A stretch of 61,737 bases of DNA, counting the filler, from Choristocarpus tenellus KU-1152 (Eukaryota; Protista; Phaeophyceae), in the NCBI GenBank assembly GCA_964200185.2. It is 7 parts of 7 records of this genome, joined end to end, with 100 filler letters (N's around TTAATTAATTAA, not from the genome) between each part and the next. Parts side by side here need not be neighbours in the genome. Positions count along the whole stretch, not along the records: positions 49,587 to 58,465 come from CAXNAD020004231.1; positions 58,566 to 61,737 come from CAXNAD020021794.1; 5 more parts are not named here. One strand, 5' to 3'. A program made the position numbers and the translations under genes. The notes beneath the pieces are model-generated. The model was not told the origin of the DNA. It saw nothing but the letters and a program-made list of their open reading frames with translations, and ran no database searches. The stretch's first letter is position 1; every line of letters starts with the position of its first letter. This document shows positions 52,601 to 61,737 of the stretch, piece by piece.

Positions 52601-53130
52601 TACTGTTGTTCTTTATACACACACTCTGCACTATAGGTTTGTTCCACGAATGACATTATCATATGCCAAAGGAGTCGCCAATGCAGCCCTGGCATGACAG
52701 ATGTGCTACAGCAGTTTGTTATTCAACTGCCATGCACACCTATATAGCAGGTAACAAAAGCACTTTAATCCGAACTACTTGGTCTTCAACGTGTATAGTT
52801 ATTAGCCAGGATTGTCTCATGGATCAACCAAGCAGTTAGTAAGTTGGAATCAGGATCAATTAAACTAAAGGTTAGGGTGGCGGTTTGGGCTTTTTCCACA
52901 CTCCAGGTTGGTTAGGTTTGGAAGTGAAAAATTCGGAACAAAGTGCTTTCTGGCAACCAACAGGCACCTCCATCACCATTGTTCTGAGCCATATCCAGGG
53001 TCTTCTTGTATGTTAGATGTGTAGCTCCAGCTCTACACTTCATCGTAAAATGCCTCAACAGCGTATAGACTGGTCTAATGTCGTGCACACATTTCACCAT
53101 CCAATCAAGAGTGCTCAACACAGCAGTATG
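49648..53130 (-). CDS. WD40-repeat protein with a fibronectin-III domain (partial; more exons likely on both sides)
   Basis: In-frame exons ~53130-52968, 52431-52277 ([30 protein letters not shown]), 51887-51783 (LTGH..VWDVAWSADSVFLVSCGADQSVV), 51494-51369 (IWN..FLGHTDQVRHCMFAD..SCGSDGT), 50821-50639 (VRKW..DVPAPPPQP..W..CNEEITAY), 49767-49648 (VTGLLPGSIYFFRVAAVNRMGQGPWS). Three WD40 repeats followed by one FN3. Confidence 0.85.
50199..50472 (-). mobile_element. MITE family E, reverse orientation, intronic
   Basis: GGCCTATAGTATCC..GTCCATTCGGGG ... CCCGAATGGAC..CCCTCTAGGATGCTATGAGGCC. Confidence 0.75.
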
Positions 53131-53915
53131 CTAATAATGTTTTTCAAGGTTTATTCAGAACCTGCCAAAATCCTCCCAAGTCCCTGACCCTAGGGATCTC
53201 TGGTGCTTGCTAGGTGTAGATATGAGCCCAAACATCTTGGGGACAAATTTTGATTAGCCTCTTGGTTTGTCTCAGGCAATGTCCTGCAAATTTTGTTATC
53301 TATACAACTTCTGATTGCCTGAGGAAGATGATGACATTGGGAGGAACCAAAGTCATAGTGTGTATAGGTCCCTAGGAACATGAACACATAGCTGCACAGT
53401 AAATAATTAAGGGTCGATTTTGGTTAATGATACAACACAAGAAGCCGTTGGCAGCATTTTTTAGTCATTAATGCCATCGCCAGCATTCTTCGTGTCATCA
53501 TATTGTCCCACCAATCCCCTTTGTGGTCAAAAGCAATCGGTGATTTCCGGAAAAGCAGCTCTACTTTAATTTCCTACTGCTGTAGAAACTGCCATACTGC
53601 AAGACCATGCCACTGGATTGTGATAGGCTTTAAAGCTGACTGGGTGGAAGAGATCACATTCAAACAGCTTAGGGGAACCCCCTGACTTCATCAACTTTAT
53701 CAAGGTGGAGACCAGTCGAAGTACCTACTGCCTTTGCTAGGGGTTGGGTCTGCTGGGCGCATAAGCAGGAGTTCTCGGTTCCCTGATGTGTCAATGGGCT
53801 CTGCTGGCATGTGTGACGGAGGAAACAGCCAAGCAAGGTTAGGCATACTTGCGACTAAGAGATGTGCCTGACCGAAAGGCCAGAAGGTTTCCTGGGTGCA
53901 CAGTTATTAGCTAAG

Positions 53916-54173
53916 GAGCCAAAGTATCTTAGAGGGTAGGGGCGCGTCCATTTGGGGGCCAAAATCCAATGTTGCGATTTTGATGAAACTTTGGCTATCC
54001 TGTTTGTCAGGAAGGGTCACTATCCTTGTTCCGGACACACCTTTTCGTAACATACATTTTACGTACTCCAAAATATTTTGGAGTAGGAAAATGTCATTAA
54101 AAAAACACATGGGAAGCCAAGCCTCAAATGGACAAACAGGGCAAAACTCGTACCCTCTAAGATACTTTCACTC
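53916..54173 (+). mobile_element. MITE family A, full length
   Basis: Family A TIRs; flanks AAG/AAT. Confidence 0.85.
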
Positions 54174-57100
54174 AATTCTCCAATCAGGGGGTGCTCCCCC
54201 CATGTACTTCCATTCTTCACGTAAGGAAGCAAGCGTGAGGAGCCATGGCATCAGAGATGCAACGGACCTCTGCCCAGCAACGAGAGCTGTCTTCACATGA
54301 TTAAAATGAACATTGAATTACATTTTTCATTTGCGATCTGTGCAAAATAATAAAACTCTGAAAAAATCATTAGCTTCAGGTTATTTCCATAGGGCACAAA
54401 TATATGAAAAAAATATTTGGCACAAATACTCCATTTGATCTAGTCTATTATTTTGATGTTAATCTCTCTTTCAAACAACTCCAGCACCCTTCGAGGGAAG
54501 GTTTTAAACCATTCAGAAGCACTAAATCTTGTTGTCCACAATTATGATCCCCTTTCGCAAAGTTCAGTTTTTTTTTATTATGATAAGAACGACCATCAGG
54601 GTCTAGAGAGCCCAACACACGAATCAAGATCAATAGCTAGCAATAATTGTGCCCATTGGCAATACATACCTGTCTTGCTACCTCACGCTCCCAGTCTTTT
54701 GCCATTGGCACTGACACCAGAGGAGTGCCTCCAGAAATTTCTCCTTTTTTCATTCAGAGCACAGGGGAAAAAGAGGTTCAGGTATAGTGCACCCTTATGA
54801 AAGGGGATGAAGTTGGATTGGAAAATGAATGAGATGGTTACTGACTTCTGGAAACCGTCACTGATACAATGTTCATGGCAGACTTGACGGGCACATTTTG
54901 GATAATGAAAGGTATGAGAGAGGATCAAGTCAATAGGGATCCCTCACCTAGACCTAGCCATTCTCGTAGTGCTACATCGAATTAGTTAGGTGCAGCATCT
55001 TGACTATAATATATACCTAGTTTGGGAAACCCACCTATTGTCATTCATTTGTATTATATGTAGGAGAGGGGATATATAAAACAGGAGAGATCTCCCCCAA
55101 GGTCGCTCTCAACAAAGTACCCAGGGCCCTGTCTACAACCACCTGTCCAGTTCGCCCGACCACAAACCTCTCCACCAAGTGTACTGATTCCCTATCTCGC
55201 TCAAACATACACACAGAACATGTGACAGATCTGAGGGAAAGGATGGGGCTCTTCTTGTCAACACAGGCGAACCAATGTGGCCCCTAGAAGATAATATTGG
55301 CAGTCCTCTCGTATTGCACATAGAAGGAGAGGTACTTCAATAACCCTTTCTGTACAAGACTCCAGGTATATTCTACCCCATCCTTGTTTCTCATTGTTGC
55401 ACTGCAGAGACAGCAATGCCGCACAGAACTAGACGGAATTTGTTTTAATAGGTGGCTCCAACCCCATGCCGTGTTTGGAGGCATGTCCTCTTGGGAGATA
55501 GGAGTGACTTAATAGGTTGAAGCAAAGGACTCTTGTTGTGTGGGCTAAGAAGTATCACATTCTTGAGGGACTGTGTGCAACCTCAACGCCACTGTATACA
55601 GGGTTCTGTAGGACGGCAGCATGCAACACATTTTCAACTCCTTGCAATCAGTAACGACATTGTAGGATTAAAAATACGCCACTTAGAAAAAGGAGGGCAA
55701 GAGAGGTGTGTAGTGATAGATGCTACTGCAGAGATCAGCAGTGTTGTGCCTACGGTGTCCTGTCTATGGTTGCAGCTCCCCTGCCTGCAAATTAAGCAGT
55801 CACCATCTACACTCATATTGTTCCTGTATACTCGTAGTCCTCAAAAGAAAACAAAAGACAAGGAAAACTCACCAAGTCCCCCCCGTCGATGACTATGGTG
55901 GTTCCACCCTGGTGGTACTGCGATTGGCTTATTTCTCTCCCTGGCGGTAGCCTCTTCCCTCCTCTTTCGACTGACCGGCCTCTCGAGCTTCGGTGGGTTC
56001 TCCTCCATGGGAAGTATTGTCTTTCCTTGGCCCACCTCGGGGTTAAGAAGATGATCAGGCGGTGTAGGAAACGCAGAACCAAGGTCTGAGGGGTGAAAGA
56101 GGGCATTGCGCCTGCGATATTTCCAGAGGTGTATTAGGAAGGGAGGGGATGAGGATTGAGAATTAGATAGGATGAATACAAAGATTTATTCTCAGCAAGT
56201 TTTTAGGCTGCCATGTGGACCCTTGTTGTGACTTTGAGGTCCCTATACAGCTCACCAGGTACAAGGGTCAGACGAGCAAATCAGAACCGCTAATCCTGGT
56301 TATTAGACTCAGTACCCATTTTTTATTGCTCTACCCAACAGGACGCTGTTCTCAGAGGTTGCTGCCAGACCAAAGTAGCTTCAACAACATCTCAGCGAAG
56401 TTAAATGCTGTAGCACATTCAGTACACTTTGTCTCAGATGCACTCGGAAGGTGGTCAGCAGGCAGTGGAAGGGTGGGGAGGAGGCACATGACTCTCACTG
56501 CAGCTCACTGCAGAGCCCAACCCTCGAGATTGTTTGTTGTTGCTCTGAGGAAAAGAGTATCTATCTACATCACACTCTTCGGTCTATTCCACACATCGGA
56601 CAAATCAAATCCAATTTGTCACATGCAAATAAATTCCCAACAAAATTATCAGTCGTTCCAAGCAATTTGAAATTTTAAAAAAACGTGATCTGAAGGCAGA
56701 AGCATGTCATCATGTCACTGTAGTGTGTAGTTATTGGTTTGACTTGACTACAAATGTTGTTGTCACCACCACACTTATTGTGGTGGTCAATGTCAGTACA
56801 TTGACACATTGGGGAGATAGGCCCGAGAAGCAATTTTAGCAACTTCTGGCTAAAAAATAAAATAAAACTGCTGGCAGAACGGCCTGGAGTGAATCTGAGT
56901 TATTCTTGTTGGGGCACATCCTCACAAATCAAATACTCGGGAGTTAACTCTTACATTGATGGATCCGAATTGGTTGTACCTAATCACGTTTCACATTTCT
57001 GAGAGTGGTGTAGGACAAATGTTCCGACAAGATTATGAGACATTGACAGATCAACACGCTGTGACTTGCACAACTTGTGCTTGCAGAGGCAAATCGTTGT

Positions 57101-58380
57101 GGAGGGATTTGAATCAATTCATGTTTGTACCAGGGAATGATTTTATACATACTTTACGGATGGGGGAGTTGTGCTACATACAAGCACTCGTACATGTTTC
57201 ATTGGCAGGTGAGTGGTACAACAAATGCTTGGAAGAGTCTTGTATGTGGGGAAAGGTATCACAAATAGTTGTCCTACAGTACACGCCTTACAGAGGATGA
57301 GTCACATCAACAAATATTTGTTCGTGTTTTCAACACAGAAGTGGTGGTATGGCACAGGGAACATGAACACCGATCGATCACCCACGAACAGAAAGTATAC
57401 AGCTACTTGTTTTCAACTTATTAAAGTTTAGGGACCCCAACATGACACACTAGCGACATCATGGCACCCAGGAACCTACTTGGGCTTCCACAGCATGCCA
57501 GTTTATAAAGGGGGTTTATGTGCTTTATGCTACCATAGAACAACAAGGAAACCAAGTACAGACTGTATGTAATTTCAGTAGTCGTGACCTAAGATTTGGA
57601 TACAATTGTTCTTTCCTATTAAAGCAGAACATAAGATTTGTACATCAAGATGAGGTAGGGACAGATCAGTGATACATAATTACCTTCTCTCAACGGACAG
57701 GGATAAATAATTTATTATGCACGTGTTGATAAGATGGTGAGTGATATCTACAAATCATGTGTACATGGTAACCAACAAGGTCATACCAACAAATCAGGAT
57801 TTGCGCACCATTCCTCAACATTGAGTTGCACTCAGCACATGACTTGGGTACAAGATTCCTAGGTAGAAACAATTTGTACATCTTCACCGCCACTCTAACC
57901 TTGACATACAAACATTTACTGCTTCGTGAAGCACAAAAGAGTTAAATCACGATCAGTCCAACACGTGGTCTATTCTTAACCTTATGGTGCCAAGATCCCT
58001 TGAACAAAAACCAGTAAAAACCCTAATACAGAATACGCCTTCACCATCCCAAAGAACCCCCCCCCCTTTCCTCTGTCTCACACCCAATCAACACAATCGG
58101 ACCACCCATGAGTTAATAATTTACAACGCCCCCACAACTTCCACAGACAAGTTCCTCCGTGGGGCCTCAGCACCGACCTGCGAGTGGCAACGGATTGTAG
58201 ATGCTTCTCCCTTCCCAGCAGCGCCTCCGTTAACTCTTCCAAAGTTGCCGCCCTTAAAGGCTTCATCTCTTCCAGCAGCACATGTGTGGCCCCTTCTGCT
58301 GCGGCCTGCCTGACCAGAGGTTGTACTCGGTGTAAGGATTTGAGATAAGGAGTTCTAGTTGTCAAAAGGCCCGAGGTACA

Positions 58381-58465
58381 GGCTCAAAGTGTCTGGGGGG
58401 GGGTGGCAGCTGTCCATTTGGGGTAAATTTTTCCATATCACGATTTTTGGGTGATTTGATTGCAT
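58381..58465 (-). mobile_element. MITE family B, cut by contig edge
   Basis: GGCTCAAAGTGTCTGGGGGGGG..GTCCATTTGGGG..TTTTTGGGTGATTTG. Confidence 0.8.
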
Positions 58466-58565
58466 NNNNNNNNNNNNNNNNNNNNNNNNNNNNNNNNNNN
58501 NNNNNNNNNTTAATTAATTAANNNNNNNNNNNNNNNNNNNNNNNNNNNNNNNNNNNNNNNNNNNN

Positions 58566-59090
58566 AATCCAACGACCTTAAAACGACGCTATGGGGGCGT
58601 TGCCTTTTACAATGGTTTGCAGGGTGTCAGATAGCCTTCTCTTGATACTCCACTCAGTGTTTAGCTCAAAACTTGACTCAATGTTTCGTTCAAAGATAGA
58701 CTGGCATAAGTGGGGTCCTGGATTAACCAAAAGCCCTCTTATTATTTTCATCATCCACCCAATTTCGTTGGTCTTCTATCAACTACTCTATAGGTACTCC
58801 AATCATAAGCCTCTATTCTTGAACTTCTTAGTAACTTTGACATTTTCCTCCTTACTCTGCATCTTCATAAAATAATCACTTATTCTGTAAGGTTACCTAT
58901 GTGTTACTAATATCGTATATAGTTCGCACTTGTCAGAACTCGAGAAACAATCTTCACACTATATGTCTGTTGCAAATGATCGTATTTCCTAACACATGAG
59001 GAGAAAATGCTTGCGCTATTCGCGTGTAACAAACGCTTGCACTTCGTTGAAATACAAAGAGAAACGCTCGCGCTATTTGCCTGTATCGAT
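58566..59090 (+). repeat. Dispersed repeat family C (copy without the MITE insertion)
   Basis: Collinear with 30512-31290 minus 30701-30959. Confidence 0.75.
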
Positions 59091-59658
59091 AGTATACATC
59101 ACTTGAGTTGCATCACCTATTGGTTCAATTTTGTTCTGTGTTATTCTCTTGTTTGTTTTTTCTTTCACTCTTTCTTCTTATCAGCAGAAGATGACAGTTG
59201 TACGTTGATTATTGAATATTATTTCTTTCGTGGCTGTCATTCACTGGTGGAACTGTGGTATCAAGGAACAAACAGATGAGTAGCCTATGGTTTAACGTAT
59301 CTACATTAAGCCATTTATTGTCCTTCATCAAGGCACACAGTCGCGGGTCCAGTGTGGAATATCTCAACATGATACGTAGCGAACCGATTGCTCCTGGGAC
59401 GTTGTGCTGAGCGACAAGGCTGGTAGTGAGCAGTAACTGTGTACAAGATGTCTGCCGGCAGCCCCATCAAGTTTACCAACCTCCCCACGTCCGCTGGGAA
59501 GTAGGGAAAGGATTTCTTCGCTTTTGTGCAATGAGAGCTCAAGCTACCCTAGGAGTATTTGACTGTGACCTCGCTCTTCATGACCCGACATTATCTGTGG
59601 GAGATCAGTCTGGGCAGTGGACGTGGAGTCGAGGCAGAGACTTCCCACACGGAGTTCA

Positions 59659-59838
59659 GACCCGACGTATCTGGGGGAGGGGGGGGGGTCCACACCTGGG
59701 GGTCCATTTGGGTCAAAATAAGGAAAAGTGCACTTACATCATCCATTGGACGTACGCAACCAAATCACCAAAAAAACGCTACATGAAAAAATTGACTCCA
59801 AATGGACAGCCGCCACCCCCCTCCAGATACTTTGACCC
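59659..59838 (+). mobile_element. MITE family B, full length
   Basis: Family B TIRs; TCA/TCA flanks. Confidence 0.8.
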
Positions 59839-59890
59839 TCATCAAGTTGTTCATCAAGTGGCGAAGGGAACTGCCATGCTCTGGTTGTGA

Positions 59891-60193
59891 ATGCAGGAAG
59901 GGGGGCTGTTGGTAGAAAGGGTCGAGGAAAAGGGCTGTGTAGTCTGTTTTATGCGTGGCAAAGATGGCCACACCAAGTACGACTGTCCCGACCTCTATCG
60001 TACAAGACTGGGGGGAGATGACGACCAAGGTAGAAGATGTGCGAGATGCACAGGGCTAGGTCACGAAGTGAGCGAATGTCCCCTAACTGTTCGAGCCAGG
60101 GAGAGGATAAGACGACCTTCTGGAAGGGGGGCAGAGGAGAGAGCGCATATGGTATCAACACCAACTCCTTCTCCCCCAAACAAATCTCGATAG
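59891..60193 (+). pseudogene. Decayed ORF fragment with two CCHC zinc knuckles
   Basis: CVVCFMRGKDGHTKYDC and CARCTGLGHEVSEC (C-X2-C-X4-H-X4-C); family-B MITEs flank it on both sides; upstream sequence has stops. Confidence 0.5.
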
Positions 60194-60217
60194 TTGGAAG
60201 AAGACATCGGTTCGAGA

Positions 60218-60392
60218 GACCCAAAGGTAGGGGGGGGGGGCTATCTACACCAAGGTGTCCATTTGGACCAAAACCAGCAAAAGTGCACTTACATTATCCA
60301 TTCGACGTATGCAACCAAATATCCCAAAAATCGCGACATGAAAAGATTGACCCCAAATGAACAGCCGCCCCCCCCCCTAGATGCTTTGAACC
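60218..60392 (+). mobile_element. MITE family B, full length
   Basis: Family B TIRs; AGA/AGA flanks. Confidence 0.8.
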
Positions 60393-60679
60393 AGACTGGA
60401 CAGGTTGGAAGACTTCATCAGAAGCTCTTACTTCGGTGACAGAGAACATTACCTCTTGTTTTTGTTGGCCTTGCAAATTATTTTATTTGAATTTGTCCCC
60501 CATTTTTCTTGTGTATTTTTTGTGCATGCCCACAATAGTCAAAGTAACAGCTGTGATGTTGTATGCAGACTTGCTTTTGATAGAAGAGCTATTAAAGTCA
60601 GGGAGAGATTTTTGTGTATGGTATGTCAGTTGTAAGGGAGTCGATTAATTTGTGCTCTTTTCCAAGGATTCACTTTGGG

Positions 60680-61200
60680 CGTTGCGCTAGGGATATTTCG
60701 TGGATCATGGGAAACGAAACTTGGTATTGCTAAGTACCCACCATTCCATGGATCGTTGGAGACGCAACTTGGTACGGCTAAGGACCCGAAGAAGAAAAAC
60801 ACCCCAGAATGTGTTCGTAGAGATTGTGATGATGGATAGGTAGGAAGCGACAACCCCACCATTTACTTTATTCCTGTGACTTGTAGTAGTGATGTACTAG
60901 GGAGATTTTGCGAATTGTAGGAGACGCTACATATACAGCTAAGGGCCCTGCCATTTAATGGATTGTGGGAGACGCAACGTGGCATTGCTAAGGACCTGCA
61001 GGGGAAGTACCCGACAATGTTTCGACTGGAGATTACAATAGGGCGGTAGATATGAGGCAGCATGTTTGTTTCAGTGACCTGCAGTAGTGATGTACTAGGG
61101 AGGTTTTGTTGATTGTGGGATAAGCTACATATATTGCTAAGGACCCTGCCATTTAATGGACTGTGGGAGACGCAACATGGTATCGCTAAGGACCTTCAGG
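60680..61200. repeat. Higher-order tandem repeat (198-bp period built from ~42-bp subunits)
   Basis: GTGAC.TG.AGTAGTGATGTACTAGGGAG at 60876 and 61074; subunit GGATTGTGGGAGACGCAAC..GG.ATTGCTAAGGAC recurs about 6 times. Confidence 0.75.
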
Positions 61201-61205
61201 AGAAG

Positions 61206-61443
61206 GGGTTACGAGATTTGCCCTGTTTGTCCATTTAGGGCTTGCCTTCCCACAGGTTTCTAATGAGATTTTACCTACTTCAAAATTTTTCGGAGTAGGT
61301 AAAATATATACGTTATGAATAGGTATGTCCGGAGCAAGGATATTGACATCTCCTAACAAACATAACCAAAATTACATCAAAATTGCAAGATTGGATTTTG
61401 GCGTCCAAATGGACGTGCTCTACCCTCTAAGATACTTTGACTC
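61206..61443 (-). mobile_element. MITE family A, near full length (one TIR eroded)
   Basis: Ends ...CCAAATGGACGTGCTCTACCCTCTAAGATACTTTGACTC. Confidence 0.8.
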
Positions 61444-61537
61444 AGAAGGGACCCTAACCAACAGCCCTCTTTTTCCCCCCACATTGCAAATCCGATACGT
61501 GCAACCAAATCACACCAAAAAGTGTAAATCAAAAAAA

Positions 61538-61717
61538 GGCTCTACGTATCTGGGAGGGGGTGGCGGCTGTCCATTTGGGGTCAATTTTTTCATGTCACGA
61601 CTTTTGGGTGATTTGGTTGCATACGTCGGATGGATACTGTAAATGCACTTTTTCCTGATTTTGGTCCAAATGGACACCCTGGTGTACACCCCCCCCCCCT
61701 CCCAGATACTTTGAGTC
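61538..61717 (-). mobile_element. MITE family B, nested in a B-variant element
   Basis: Family B TIRs; the flanks rejoin to match 31675-31745. Confidence 0.8.
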
Positions 61718-61737
61718 TAAAGGGCCAAAAACGGATG

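Noticed and set aside
53190-56670. Additional upstream exons of the WD40-FN3 gene
   Set aside because: Several candidate acceptors and donors exist, but I could not build a phase-consistent, motif-supported chain.
21525-58565. Recurrent TTAATTAATTAA palindrome inside N runs
   Set aside because: Synthetic six-frame-stop linker joining contigs. It is not biological, and adjacency across it is meaningless.

Overview
Eukaryotic, intron-rich genomic DNA from a stramenopile. The LHCF gene and the cysteine-rich discoidin repeats point to a brown alga or close relative. The window is not one locus: seven contigs are joined by artificial 100-bp linkers (44 N + TTAATTAATTAA + 44 N) at 21525, 36101, 40728, 45747, 49487 and 58466. 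Contents: (1) a partial giant minus-strand gene (13 exons, at least 4,593 codons, both ends outside the contig) whose fibronectin-III domains are split by nested 'EVQ' domains, which carry further inserts; (2) a secreted protein with tandem discoidin/F5-8C-like domains, each encoded by a repeated three-exon cassette; (3) tRNA-His(GTG) head-to-head with a complete two-exon fucoxanthin-chlorophyll a/c binding protein gene; (4) a partial WD40+FN3 gene; (5) decayed retroelements (a CRE-like RT/RLE fragment, gag-like and zinc-knuckle remnants); (6) about 23 copies of three MITE families with shared terminal and sub-terminal inverted repeats and mostly 3-bp target-site duplications, one with an empty paralogous site in the window; (7) other dispersed and tandem repeats. 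Most entries in the ORF track are antisense shadows or repeat-derived. Exon boundaries were read by eye from GT/AG sites and phase continuity.
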